Shown: piece after piece, positions 46,694-56,788 of the stretch
How the letters are laid out: the number at the start of each line of letters is the position of its first letter
Position numbering within the stretch: position 1 is the stretch's first letter
NCBI GenBank assembly: GCA_021775095.1
Contig: JAJFII010000111.1
Span: forward strand, 36,801 to 100,800
DNA: 64,000 nucleotides
Direction of reading: 5' to 3'
From: Rhodospirillales bacterium
GTDB taxonomy: Bacteria; Pseudomonadota; Alphaproteobacteria; Rhodospirillales; Casp-alpha2
Translations under genes and position numbers: made by a program
The notes under the pieces: model-generated
Seen by the model: only the letters and a program-made list of their open reading frames with translations
Told to the model about the DNA's origin: nothing
Database searches by the model: none

Positions 46694-46719
46694 TATTGGG
46701 ATCCTCCTTCAAATTACAC

Positions 46720-47430
46720 TTAAATCGGATTGTCCGAATGGGAGCAGGTATATTCCAGACGGTACAGGCCGGTACGTATCGGCGAACCCGCGCCGAGCCC
46801 GTGCAGTTTGTCTTCACTCAACAGACTGCCCAGGACGCGGTTCAAATCGTCTCGTCGGGCGGCTTCAATGAGCAGTGACCAACCCGGCATTTCGGTCCCG
46901 CCGCCACGTTTTTTTTTCTCCGCTGTCGGCGTGCCGGAAATTTCCAGATCCGTTTCACTCAGGTGAACCCCACAGATCCCCATTTCTTCGGAAAGCGGTT
47001 GCAACAGGTGATCGGTTATCTGGCGGACAAAATCGTCTGCTGAAATTTTTGCAGGGTCCGTATCGAAGGCATAGGTGCGCATATATCCGCCCATTCCCGG
47101 GCCAGCGCTGTAGCGCACCCGCTGCAGGGAGCGCGACACATTGGTAAAAAATTTGACGGTTTTTGTCGTCCATTCGGACGGATCATTCAGGCGCGCCAGA
47201 TAGTCAGCGCCGCCCAAGACGTCAATTGATTGCGCTTCGTAAAAGTTAAAAAACTCCGGTGTGCCTTGTTCGGCCACGTATCGGCGGCCGCGAAGAAACT
47301 TCGGAACAGCAACCCGTTCCGGCATATGTTCATGGATGTGCCACCAATAAAACTGGTCGCGACCTTCGGCCAGAATATCGTGCCAGATTGCCACAATGGC
47401 TTGCCCTGCCAAACTCATTTGATCCTCCAT
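46720..47430 (-). CDS. hypothetical protein (last gene of the ABC importer operon)
   Basis: 236 aa and soluble. I do not confidently recognise a family. Coding potential is supported by its length and its operon position downstream of the ATPase gene. Confidence 0.55.
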   Translation of the reverse strand: MEDQMSLAGQAIVAIWHDILAEGRDQFYWWHIHEHMPERVAVPKFLRGRRYVAEQGTPEFFNFYEAQSIDVLGGADYLARLNDPSEWTTKTVKFFTNVSRSLQRVRYSAGPGMGGYMRTYAFDTDPAKISADDFVRQITDHLLQPLSEEMGICGVHLSETDLEISGTPTAEKKKRGGGTEMPGWSLLIEAARRDDLNRVLGSLLSEDKLHGLGAGSPIRTGLYRLEYTCSHSDNPI

Positions 47431-47468
47431 TTTCTGGCGTTTCTGACGGCCAGGTACGCGATTGATTG

Positions 47469-48323
47469 TTACACCGGTTTTGCTCTGTTCCGTCCGCCGT
47501 GCAAAACACCTTTTGCCAGGAAGATTTCTGTTATCCTGTCGACAGCCTTTTCAAATTCCGGGTATTTTCGCGCCGCCAAGCCGCGCGGGCGTTCCAGGTT
47601 GATATCGATAATGGTTTCAATTTTACCCGGTCGCGGTGACATCACCACAACCCGGTCGGCCAACAAAACGGCCTCATCAATGGAATGGGTGATAAACAGC
47701 ACGGTTTTTTTGGTGGCCAGCCATAATTCTTCCAGATCAATTCGCATTTGTTCGCGGGTCAGGGCGTCCAGGGCACCGAAGGGTTCATCCATCATCAGCA
47801 GCGGCGGATCATGGATCAGGGCCCGAACGATGCCGGCGCGCTGCTGCATGCCACCGGAAAGTTCATAGGGATAGCTGTTTGCAAAGTCGCTGAGCCCGAC
47901 GGAACGGAGCAACTCATGCGCCCTGTCTTCGAAGTCTTTCGGGTTTAACCCGCGCATTTCAACCTGCAGCAGGACATTGTTCAATACGTTGCGCCATTCC
48001 AGCAGGACCGGTTTTTGAAACACGATTCCCAGATTGGTAATCGCCTGATCAACCACCACATGATCAACCGCTACGGAACCGGACGTGGGAAAAGTGAGGC
48101 CTGCGATCAGCCGCATTAATGTCGATTTTCCGCACCCTGATGGCCCGACGATGGCGACGAACTCATGTCGTTTAATCGACAAATCAACGCCGTCCAAAGC
48201 GATGGTTTCCTTGTTATCGCTTTGGAATATTTTGCCGACATTGTTTATTGCGATACTTATTTCTGTCCCGTCCGGTGACCCACCCGGTGATGAAGTCCCG
48301 GGCGCATCCGGGACTTCATACAT
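47469..48323 (-). CDS. ABC transporter ATP-binding protein (NitT/TauT, SsuB/TauB-like)
   Basis: The ORF is open to 48458, but that would overlap the substrate-binding-protein gene. The ATG at 48323 (MYEVPD) is likelier. Walker A GPSGCGKST, signature LSGGMQQRAGI, Walker B LLMMDEPFGALD. Confidence 0.9.
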   Translation of the reverse strand: MYEVPDAPGTSSPGGSPDGTEISIAINNVGKIFQSDNKETIALDGVDLSIKRHEFVAIVGPSGCGKSTLMRLIAGLTFPTSGSVAVDHVVVDQAITNLGIVFQKPVLLEWRNVLNNVLLQVEMRGLNPKDFEDRAHELLRSVGLSDFANSYPYELSGGMQQRAGIVRALIHDPPLLMMDEPFGALDALTREQMRIDLEELWLATKKTVLFITHSIDEAVLLADRVVVMSPRPGKIETIIDINLERPRGLAARKYPEFEKAVDRITEIFLAKGVLHGGRNRAKPV

Positions 48324-48358
48324 CGGGGCCGGTTGGTATTTGGGCAACTGTCGCTGCC

Positions 48359-49342
48359 TTACGAACCGGGGAGAAATTCGTTGGTGTAGAAAGAAGAAGC
48401 TTCGCGGGCTGTTTTCAGTCCGCGATATTCTTTCAGCAGGGACAACGTGCGGTTCCAATCATCTGCTGCACCGTAACCAATGCCTTTACCTTTGGAAGCA
48501 GGGGATTCGAGTAAATCCAGGTCAACCATTAACTGACCCTTCAGTACATCGGCGTTGACGTCGGGCTTTGATTTGACGGCGGCTGTGATGGCCGCATCGG
48601 GGTCTTTTTTAGCAGCTTCAAAAGACCGTTGCATGGCTTTGACAAACCGTTTTATCAAATCAGCTTTTTCTTTGACCGTATCTTCATGGGCGATAACGCT
48701 CAAGCCGACGGTGTTGACACCAATATCAGCAAAATTCAGTGCTGAGGCTTTGACGCCCTTGGCTTCGATCTGGAAAAACTGTGCATCGGCACTGCCGAGA
48801 AGTGCGTCGGCCTTTTTTTCGAGAACCGCAACCACTTTGGCAGCCGGGTCGACGAAGATCATGTCGATCTTGCTCTTGTCCAGGCCATTGGCCTTGATAA
48901 CGGCAGGAAAAAGTTGGGTCAAGGAATCGCCGGCCGTCACTGCCAGCCTTTTCCCTTCAAGGTCCTTTGGTGTCCTGATATTGGCATCGGCCCGGGAGAC
49001 GACGCCGAACGGCGAGATGTTCATGGGAGACATGACGGCTTTAACCGGTATGCCTTTGTTTGCCGCGATAATCATCGTCCCTGCGTCAGCGATGCCAAAC
49101 AGATCATCTTTGGCGCCAACAACTTTAACCGCAACACCGGAGCCGCGGCCTTCGTTAATTGTCAGATCGATGCCTTCATCGGAAAAAAATCCCCTTTCCT
49201 TGCCGAGATAAATCGGTGCATGGAAACCGACCAGATACCAGTTCAGGCGCAACGACACGGCATCGGCGGCTTGCGCGGGGAGCCCTGCCAACAGGGCGAT
49301 CGATACCGCTGCGGCGGCTCCGAGTAATGTTCTGCGTTTCAT
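48359..49342 (-). CDS. ABC transporter substrate-binding protein (NMT1/SsuA/TauA-like)
   Basis: 327 aa with a signal peptide (LLGAAAAVSIALLAGLPAQA). The N-terminal LRLNWYLVGFHAPIYL block is typical of the NMT1/THI5-like family. Confidence 0.85.
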   Translation of the reverse strand: MKRRTLLGAAAAVSIALLAGLPAQAADAVSLRLNWYLVGFHAPIYLGKERGFFSDEGIDLTINEGRGSGVAVKVVGAKDDLFGIADAGTMIIAANKGIPVKAVMSPMNISPFGVVSRADANIRTPKDLEGKRLAVTAGDSLTQLFPAVIKANGLDKSKIDMIFVDPAAKVVAVLEKKADALLGSADAQFFQIEAKGVKASALNFADIGVNTVGLSVIAHEDTVKEKADLIKRFVKAMQRSFEAAKKDPDAAITAAVKSKPDVNADVLKGQLMVDLDLLESPASKGKGIGYGAADDWNRTLSLLKEYRGLKTAREASSFYTNEFLPGS

Positions 49343-49415
49343 CTTATCCTCCTTGTTATCGTCTTTTGGTTAAATCCCGAAACTTTTGTTCCGGGGTGTT
49401 GTGCCCCGATGGCAC

Positions 49416-50258
49416 TTAGCTGGAAACATCAAATCGTGAGGTGTCTGAACGTTGCGAGACATGCCAGGGAATGGAAATTTTTTCGATATATTCGACGGCG
49501 TAATACACAACCAACCCGACAATCGAGAGCACCATGATGGTCGCGAATACCATGGGGGTTTCGATGTCACCGTTGTAGCGCAGAAGCAAGTAGCCAAGCC
49601 CCTTGTCCGACGCGACAAATTCTGCGACCACCGCCGCCGTCGACGAGAGTGCGGCAGCGACCTTGAGGCCGGTAAAGATCGCAGGCATGGCATGGGGCAA
49701 GCGGATTTTGCGAAAAATCATCCACGAACTGGCACCGGTAGATTTTGCCAGTTCCATGGTTTCCTCATCAATCGACTTAAATCCGGCAATGCTCGACACG
49801 ACAATTGGGAAAAACGACAGCAGGAACACCAGCAGAATTTTTGGCGTGAAGCCAAACCCAAACCAGATGATAAATAACGGTGCGATGGCGATTTTCGGGA
49901 CGATCTGCAAAAACACAATAATCGGGTAAATGGTGCGTTCCATGGTCGGAAAATAGGCAACAAAGACGGCAAGCGGAACGCTCACCGCGATGGCAATCAG
50001 ATAACCCACCAGGATTTCACTGGTCGTCACCCAGGTATTGTCGAGAACATAACGCCAGCGGCCTGAAAATTCCTGCCAAATCAAGCTCGGTGCCGGCAAC
50101 AGGTAGGATTTGACGTCAAAGGCATGAACCGCCAGTTCCCAGACCAGAAACAATATAACGAAGCTGATCAAAAACTGCCGGGCTCCCTTGAGCCGTTGCG
50201 CCCAGGCTTGCGATGGTTTGTTCGGCAGTGCTGTCGGTGATTGGGGATTGTCACTCAT
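49416..50258 (-). CDS. ABC transporter permease (SsuC/TauC-like)
   Basis: The ORF is open to 50306. The ATG at 50258 overlaps the iclR stop (ATGA). It has six TM segments and an EAA-like loop (ELAKSTGASSWMIFRKIRLP). Confidence 0.9.
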   Translation of the reverse strand: MSDNPQSPTALPNKPSQAWAQRLKGARQFLISFVILFLVWELAVHAFDVKSYLLPAPSLIWQEFSGRWRYVLDNTWVTTSEILVGYLIAIAVSVPLAVFVAYFPTMERTIYPIIVFLQIVPKIAIAPLFIIWFGFGFTPKILLVFLLSFFPIVVSSIAGFKSIDEETMELAKSTGASSWMIFRKIRLPHAMPAIFTGLKVAAALSSTAAVVAEFVASDKGLGYLLLRYNGDIETPMVFATIMVLSIVGLVVYYAVEYIEKISIPWHVSQRSDTSRFDVSS

Positions 50259-51058
50259 GCGCTTATCCGGGCCACGGTTGCTGGTTGAAAGGCGCGTATG
50301 GGCCACAGTTTGGAAAGGTGCAATGACGCCTCAATCACCAGCGGTGCCCAGCTTTCAAGCTTGTCTAATGGGGTCCGGACGGTCGGCGCGGCAACGCTGA
50401 TTGTGCCGACACACGGCGCGTCTTTGGTTGTGCCGGGAATGGCGGCGGCAACGGCACACATGCCGGGCTCGCCCTCTTCATAGGCGATACCAAATCCACG
50501 TTCGCGGGTTTTACTAATCTCCGCCATGACCAGATCCAGGTTGCGAAGGGCCTGCGGTCCGACGTCTTCCGGGTCGCCAAACCCCTGGGTCTCGACAACA
50601 TGTTTGATGCGATCATCCTGCAGCGTTGCCAGCCAGCTTTTACCGGTTGCAGTCGCCGTCAAATTCACCGTGCGCCCGTAATTGCCGTCATATCTTAACC
50701 CCCGTTTTGCGCCTTGCGCTTCCGCCGCCCAAATCAGGTTGTCGCCGTTGACCACGGTCAATCGCACGAGTTCACCGGTCTGTTCCGCCATTTTGTCGAG
50801 TTGCGGCTGACACATATCGGTAAGCCCGGTATTTGTCAGATGCTGAAACCCGAGTGCGACCAGGCGCAAAGTGAGGCGATAGCGCAGACTGATCGGGTCC
50901 TGCTCCAGATATCCCCGTTCAACAAGCTGGCTCAGTAACCGATGGGCAGCGCCTTTCGGGATGTGCAACAAAGACGCCGTTTCGCTGAGCGGGAATCCGT
51001 CCGGATTGCCCGCATGGAGCTCCAAAACATCCAGGGTTCGATCAATTTGTTGCGACAT
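50255..51058 (-). CDS. IclR-family transcriptional regulator
   Basis: 267 aa. N-terminal winged helix (LSETASLLHIPKGAAHRLLSQLVERGYL) plus an IclR effector domain. Confidence 0.9.
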   Translation of the reverse strand: MSQQIDRTLDVLELHAGNPDGFPLSETASLLHIPKGAAHRLLSQLVERGYLEQDPISLRYRLTLRLVALGFQHLTNTGLTDMCQPQLDKMAEQTGELVRLTVVNGDNLIWAAEAQGAKRGLRYDGNYGRTVNLTATATGKSWLATLQDDRIKHVVETQGFGDPEDVGPQALRNLDLVMAEISKTRERGFGIAYEEGEPGMCAVAAAIPGTTKDAPCVGTISVAAPTVRTPLDKLESWAPLVIEASLHLSKLWPIRAFQPATVARISA

Positions 51059-51263
51059 ATATTCTCACATAGGCCTATGGAACCTAATTCCATAAAACTG
51101 GAACAATGTTCCATAATCATCATAATTCGAAAAAAGAGTCAAATTTTAAATGGCAGGACACAGGCGCGCGCTGGCCGATGCGGCTCGAACGGGTGTTTGC
51201 AGCTTCAATCCTAAAAAGCGTCCTTAGATGGCGTCAATGCCAGCACCATCCATCAGAAATCGA

Positions 51264-52244
51264 TCACGATACGGGCTGTGCGTTCGCTTGTTTTTCAAGC
51301 AGGTCAAAATCGGGTTCTCCCTTGGCGTGGTTTTCGTTGCGGGCATCTATTGTCCGCACGATCATTACCAGCGCGTCGTTATAGGGCGTTGCGATGCCGA
51401 GACGTTGGCCCTCGCGGACGACGACCCCATTGAGGCTATCGATTTCAGACCGCCGACCGTCCTGCAAATGCTGCAACATCGACGGCCGGTTGAACTTGAT
51501 TTTGCAAAATTGTTTAATTGCCGTCTTCGGGTCACTCTCTGGCACGGTAATTCCTTTGGCTTTCACAATTGCCAAAATTTCTTCAATGATTTTTGTCTGA
51601 AAGGCCTCGGCGGTGGGGTACATCATGATCTCGCCAACCCGCAATCCGCCGACCGCACATAGCGCGTTGATGGCACAATTGTGGATAAACTTGCCCCAAA
51701 TGAAGCCTTCAATATCGTCGACGATTTGCGGTGTAAAGCCGGCCTCGGCAAAGGTTTTTTCGAGGGCCTGCAAGCGGGGCGTTCGGGTCTGACTTAACTC
51801 GCCAATCCAACTCAGGCCCGCATGGGTATGATTAATCAGACCGGGGCGAACAATTGCCGCACTGTGATAACTAAGCCCGCCGAGAACACTGTTTTTCCCC
51901 AAAATGTCGACAAGGATTTCGATGTTGCCGACACCGTTCTGAAGGGTCAGACAGAACCCGTCATGACCCAGGACCCGTGCGGCAACATGCGCCGCCGCTT
52001 CGGTCTGATAGGTGCTTGTCTGGATCAGGCAGGCGTCGCATTGGGGCAGGTCGGCGGCATCGCTGTAGGCTTTGACCGGCACGGAAAAATCCCCTGTGAT
52101 GCCGGTCAAGCTGAGCCCGTGGTTTCGAATGGCGTCAATCTGTTGCTGCCAGGGATCATAAAAAACAACCTCGACACCCGAGCGCGCAAGCAGTGCGCCG
52201 TACAATGAACCCATCGCCCCGGTGCCGATAATACAAAATTTCAT
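51264..52244 (-). CDS. 2-dehydropantoate 2-reductase family (PanE/ApbA) oxidoreductase
   Basis: 326 aa. N-terminal IIGTGAMGSLYG Rossmann motif and the C-terminal SMLQHLQDGRRSEID block typical of ketopantoate reductases. Confidence 0.85.
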   Translation of the reverse strand: MKFCIIGTGAMGSLYGALLARSGVEVVFYDPWQQQIDAIRNHGLSLTGITGDFSVPVKAYSDAADLPQCDACLIQTSTYQTEAAAHVAARVLGHDGFCLTLQNGVGNIEILVDILGKNSVLGGLSYHSAAIVRPGLINHTHAGLSWIGELSQTRTPRLQALEKTFAEAGFTPQIVDDIEGFIWGKFIHNCAINALCAVGGLRVGEIMMYPTAEAFQTKIIEEILAIVKAKGITVPESDPKTAIKQFCKIKFNRPSMLQHLQDGRRSEIDSLNGVVVREGQRLGIATPYNDALVMIVRTIDARNENHAKGEPDFDLLEKQANAQPVS

Positions 52245-52520
52245 GGTACGACCCCTTATTCAAAATGCACGAAAAAGTTTAGGTCGGTGACCGGCAAAAT
52301 GAAACCCCGAGGATGGTAAATGCCAAGCGCAGGTCGGCCGAAAAGCTGGCGTATTGCCCATATAGGTGTAAATCATTGGGTTTTTGCGCCGCAACTTCGG
52401 TCGTGAGTCTTCGAAGTATTTGATGGCCGCTTTGATAAGGTTTGTCCGACACCTGCCGGATCGAATCTGGCGCAACCACCGCGTCACGACGGGTGTTCGA
52501 CAAGCCTAAACAACACCAGA

Positions 52521-52808
52521 CTAAACGCCTTCGACCAAAATCATGTTTGTTTCCGTTGTTTCTTGACGCACTGATTTTGCGGGAAGGTAAATGTCTGAGG
52601 CCCACCATTCTTTTGCTTTGGTCGAATTTAGAAACTCGACCACGACCAGCCGGACTGGATTCCACGTGCCTTCCAGGCAACTCACATTGCCACCACGAAC
52701 CAGGAACTTTCCCTCAAAGGGTTCCAATGTCGGCTGGATGAGTTCGCGATTTTTTGCGTACTGTTCGCTATCTTTAACATCCACCTCGAAAATAATGTAT
52801 GCAGCCAT
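52521..52808 (-). CDS. DUF1330-family protein
   Basis: 95 aa. MAAYIIFEVDVKD...FLVRGG...VVVEF pattern. Confidence 0.8.
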   Translation of the reverse strand: MAAYIIFEVDVKDSEQYAKNRELIQPTLEPFEGKFLVRGGNVSCLEGTWNPVRLVVVEFLNSTKAKEWWASDIYLPAKSVRQETTETNMILVEGV

Positions 52809-53092
52809 AAGGTATTTCCTAAATGTCTGGAGAATTATAGGCGGGCAGATTCGTCAGGAAATCGTAAAAATCAGGCATTTCGGTCGCCATCGCCGAGCCA
52901 GTAATCCATCGAAGCTGTTGCCTTTTACGGCATCCTCGCCGTTATGACACATTGCCCGCTGGCAGGTTACACGCATGATCAAAAGTTTTATCTGAAAACT
53001 GTCTCCAGATCCCATTTAGCAAACACCGGTTTCGCCGTATAATCTTAATTCTTGAAAGTCGGCCCCGGGTCGAAACGCCTAAACCGGCATAT

Positions 53093-53338
53093 CTAGAGCG
53101 TATCTTCCCTAATTGGATTCACTGAGATCGGATAGGGGCTCCTTCCGACAAACAATCGCTCAATCAATTTTGCTCTAATGGAGCCCAAAGACGACATCGC
53201 CGGAGAGAGATCACGAATGTCTTCGTCGTCCATTTTTTCAAACTGTTTTGCAGAATTTTCAGGGCTGACGGCAAGCCTGAACATCGCAGCTTTTTGCCGA
53301 CCCGATAAGCTTCCGTAATCATCTTTTACACCTGCCAT
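53093..53338 (-). pseudogene. FliG N-terminal domain fragment
   Basis: 81 aa ORF. LSGRQKAAMFRLAVSPENSAKQFEKMDDEDIRDLSPAMSSLGSIRAKLIERL aligns with the first roughly 60 residues of FliG (LSG.EKAAI.LLALGE..A....E.LD.EEI.E.S.AM..LG.V). The middle and C-terminal FliG domains are absent, and there are no flagellar neighbours. Confidence 0.5.
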
Positions 53339-53417
53339 GAATTTTCTAACTTGTTTGGATGGGGGCGGCTGTACATCCTATTACATGGCAATGCACCTTG
53401 CCATTTCGCCAACGCGG

Positions 53418-53880
53418 TTATCCCGGCCACCTAGGGTGATGTTGATCGATGGCGAATTCGTGGCGACGTCGGACTGGCTGGTGCCCATGAAAATGCTTAT
53501 GATCGACGACGTCATGCATAGGTACCAAGTCAAACGGGTTGCGCCGCGGCCACTGCGCAACGGCAAACAGGACACTTGCCAAGGCGAATACGGCCAGGAC
53601 AAAAAAAGCAATATCCTATCCAAACCGCGCAGCGACCGAGCCCGCTGTTGAATAGGTGAGCAACCAGCATGCATGGGTCAAAGCAAATTGTGCGGCGTAC
53701 ACCCCAGCGCGGTCAGCGGCATGGCACGCCACGAGTAGAGCCGACCCGGCGATCATCACCGTCCGATCCGGCCTCTTTTTCAGCACCGCTGCCAACCAGC
53801 GACAGAATCTGGGCCGCGAAAAGATGGCGATAGACGCGCACGCCCAGCGGCGTCAGTAAACCGGCGCCTAAAGCGCGCAA
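53418..53880 (-). pseudogene. degraded MFS-transporter remnant
   Basis: Manual minus-strand translation in shifting frames. N-terminal-like: PLGVRVYRHLFAAQILSLVGSG. Then VYAAQFALTHACWLLTYSTAGSVAARFG*, followed by DIAFFVLAVFALASVLFAVAQWP...HFHGH...HEFAIDQHHPRWPG*. This resembles the first and last helices plus the His-rich tail of an MFS permease. Only about 460 nt remain, with frame breaks. Confidence 0.35.
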
Positions 53881-53887
53881 TCACCGA

Positions 53888-54700
53888 TCAGCTTGGAAAC
53901 TTCTCAACTTGGAAGTCGCGGCCACGCAGCATATCGTCGAGCGAGCCGAAGGCATTGGTGTAGTGACCGGTGAACCCGGTAGCCTCGACCCGTCGGAACA
54001 TGTCCGTCCAGTCAATAATTCCCTCGCCGGGCTGCATATGTACTTCGAATTCGCCGTTATTGTCGGCCATTCGAACCTCACCCAAAATCTCGGTCGGGCC
54101 ATTATCCAGAAAACCGGCGATCCCTTCAGGCACCAAAGTCGCATGGTTGATCGTGAAAGACCACCCAAGGTTTGGTGAGTTGAGGCGATCAAAGTAATAC
54201 ATCATCTCTTCGAGGTTATGCGCCAGATAATGCACTTCGGCTCGGTCGGGTTCCCAGTTCAGGTTTTCCAAAAGAATTCGCGCGCCCTTCTTTTCGGCAT
54301 AACCGAGGATCCGTTTGAGCCGTTCTAGTCCGACCTCCATCCGCTTTTCGACATCGTCGGTAAAGTGATAACCCGCGTGGACGACGATCCACTTGGCATC
54401 GAGACGCGCGCAGGCGTCAATGTACGCCCTGAGATATTCATCCACGGCCTCGAACATGAATGGCGAAAACTCAGAGACATTCACTGACGACAAGGTGTGA
54501 AGCCCAAGTTGAATACCATTTGCCGAGCATTTATCACGGATCGGCGTGCACCGCGCTTCGTCAAAGGACTGCAGCGCGTTGGGTTCGACGTCGATCTGGC
54601 AATCGATAAAAGTTACGTCGTTGTCGATTGCCCATTGGACGGCATCTTCGGCGGAAAGTTTTCGACCACAGTCGATGCCAATTCGGTCGCGAATATTCAT
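53888..54700 (-). CDS. sugar phosphate isomerase/epimerase (xylose isomerase-like TIM barrel)
   Basis: 270 aa. Typical pattern VHAGYHF...LLENLNWEP...H. Downstream of the third TRAP operon. Confidence 0.8.
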   Translation of the reverse strand: MNIRDRIGIDCGRKLSAEDAVQWAIDNDVTFIDCQIDVEPNALQSFDEARCTPIRDKCSANGIQLGLHTLSSVNVSEFSPFMFEAVDEYLRAYIDACARLDAKWIVVHAGYHFTDDVEKRMEVGLERLKRILGYAEKKGARILLENLNWEPDRAEVHYLAHNLEEMMYYFDRLNSPNLGWSFTINHATLVPEGIAGFLDNGPTEILGEVRMADNNGEFEVHMQPGEGIIDWTDMFRRVEATGFTGHYTNAFGSLDDMLRGRDFQVEKFPS

Positions 54701-54757
54701 TATTATTTCCTTTCGTATTGAGTCATTATCACTACTCGTTGGTATAACTTGTGACGG

Positions 54758-56047
54758 CTAATTTCGCATTATTCCGGGTAACCATGTCGCGACTGCCGGA
54801 ACCGCGATTGCAAACAACATGAAGGCTAATATTCCTAGTAAAAAAGGTGTGTTGGCCCGCAAAACGCGTATCTGATCGACATCCGCAATCTTGCCCGCGA
54901 TGATCAGGGCAATTGCCATTGGCGGTGTGACCTGGCCAATGACAACCGCGATCACCATCAACACGCCAAAGTGCAGCAGATCAATATTGTAGGTAATTAA
55001 GGTCGGCAAAATTATCGGCAGCAGCACCGGAATTAACGGATCCAGGATCATCCCGGCGACGATGGCAAGTGACACGAGAGCGAGAATTTTGAGAAATTCG
55101 CTATCGTAAACGACCACCAGGTCAATCAACCGGACCAGAAACTCCGGCACATGGGCGTTCGTGAGGCCGGCACCGAGCGCAAACGACAAACCGACAATTA
55201 TCAGCAATTCACCGCTCAACTGGACGGCATTGACGAGAACGCGATAAAGGCCCCGCAGGGTCAATACACGATGTACGAACATCGCCAGAAACATCGCATA
55301 GACGACCGCGAAGGCACCGGCCTCGGAAGGTGTAAACAAACCAACCACCAATCCGCCGACGATGATCAATGGTAAACCGAACGACAAGACCGCGCGCTTC
55401 CCGGTACGCCACACCTCATTTAGGGAGAATGCGGCATACGGCAGCCAGCCGCGTTTGCGCGCGAGATAGGCGACAATCAGCATTTGGCTGAGGGCGAGCA
55501 ACAATCCGGGAATAATACCGGCCAGGAACAAGGCTCCCAGCGACACACCGGTGACGGCCGAATACAGGATCATCGGCGAGCTTGGCGGAATCATCGGACC
55601 AATACCCGCCGACGACGCGGTCAGCGCGGCGGCGAAGTCCGCCGGATATTTATTTTTCTTCATCGCCGGAATGACAATTGATCCGGTTCCTGCGAGGTCC
55701 GCCGTCGATGAGCCGATCATGCCGCCGAAGAACATACTCGTTACGACATTCACATGTGCCAGGCCACCGCGCAGGGACCCGACGATGGCCCGGGCAAATT
55801 CAAATAACCGTCCGGATATGCCGCCGGCGTTCATCAGCCCACCGGCAAGCACAAACAGCGGCAAAGCGATCAAAACAAACCGGCCGAGACCGGACATGAT
55901 TGTCTGAGGCATGGTCAGTGCCCACGCACCTGACAGATAAAAATTCAGGAATGCCGCGCCTGCCACCGAAACCAGCATTGGTACACGCAGTACAAGCATC
56001 GCGCACAAGACCAGGATCGAGAGCCCGGCCCCCAATAGGGGTGTCAT
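54758..56047 (-). CDS. dctM: TRAP transporter large permease (DctM)
   Basis: The ORF is open to 56092. The ATG at 56047 overlaps the dctQ stop (ATGA). Polytopic, and shares blocks with the other DctM copies. Confidence 0.9.
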   Translation of the reverse strand: MTPLLGAGLSILVLCAMLVLRVPMLVSVAGAAFLNFYLSGAWALTMPQTIMSGLGRFVLIALPLFVLAGGLMNAGGISGRLFEFARAIVGSLRGGLAHVNVVTSMFFGGMIGSSTADLAGTGSIVIPAMKKNKYPADFAAALTASSAGIGPMIPPSSPMILYSAVTGVSLGALFLAGIIPGLLLALSQMLIVAYLARKRGWLPYAAFSLNEVWRTGKRAVLSFGLPLIIVGGLVVGLFTPSEAGAFAVVYAMFLAMFVHRVLTLRGLYRVLVNAVQLSGELLIIVGLSFALGAGLTNAHVPEFLVRLIDLVVVYDSEFLKILALVSLAIVAGMILDPLIPVLLPIILPTLITYNIDLLHFGVLMVIAVVIGQVTPPMAIALIIAGKIADVDQIRVLRANTPFLLGILAFMLFAIAVPAVATWLPGIMRN

Positions 56048-56652
56048 GCTCCGATTCCTCCGCCGGCCGAATTGTTGTGCCGGATCTTCCATTCGCGGTA
56101 AAATTCAGCCAGATAGGCCATCACCGCGCCGGCCGCACCAAACACAAGTGCCGACGTCGACCAGCCGACGGGCACCTGAACATACAGCGCAACGTCACCG
56201 CCGAACAAACGAACAAAGTCGACCGAGACCCATGCCATCAACCCCAGGACAGCGACATTGATAGCGAAACCAAAGTTCGCAATTGCGCCCTGGAAGCGTT
56301 GCGGGATTTTTTCAAAAAAGAAATCGATCCTGATCATTGTGCCACGCCGGACAGAGAGGAATACACCGGTCATGGCAAGCCAGGGCATTGCCATCTGCAC
56401 GATCTCTTCGGCCCAGGAGAAGCTGTAATTCAAAGCATACCGTGAGGTTGCATTGCTGAAGACAATGACGACAATTGCAACCAACGCCGTCACACCTGCA
56501 ATCTCGACAATTCGGTTTATCATTTGATCGGCAACCGGCAATCCCTCATCAGGATTACCAAGTTCCATGCGCTGAGCGGCTTCTTCAATCTTTACGGCAA
56601 TATCATCATCGACCTTGGCGGAACTCTTTCCAGAAACAGGTTCATCAATCAT
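56044..56652 (-). CDS. dctQ: TRAP transporter small permease (DctQ)
   Basis: 202 aa with four TM segments after a charged N-terminal extension. Confidence 0.8.
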   Translation of the reverse strand: MIDEPVSGKSSAKVDDDIAVKIEEAAQRMELGNPDEGLPVADQMINRIVEIAGVTALVAIVVIVFSNATSRYALNYSFSWAEEIVQMAMPWLAMTGVFLSVRRGTMIRIDFFFEKIPQRFQGAIANFGFAINVAVLGLMAWVSVDFVRLFGGDVALYVQVPVGWSTSALVFGAAGAVMAYLAEFYREWKIRHNNSAGGGIGA

Positions 56653-56788
56653 CTTAAATGTCCGGCTTGCAGCAGCTGAACGCGACCGGTCGCTTCAGTT
56701 GCTGCGTTGATTTCAAATTGTCGGGAGGTGCCGCAGAAAGACAGTTGGGAAGACGCTGGCGCGCCTCCCCAAACAAAGCCTTGGTAGA

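Noticed and set aside
48555-49211. 218-aa plus-strand ORF, plus similar long ORFs at 47230-47868, 22575-23165, 30472-31122, 58981-59691 and 61004-61597
   Set aside because: All lie antisense to, or out of frame within, genes with strong family motifs. I treated them as shadow ORFs.
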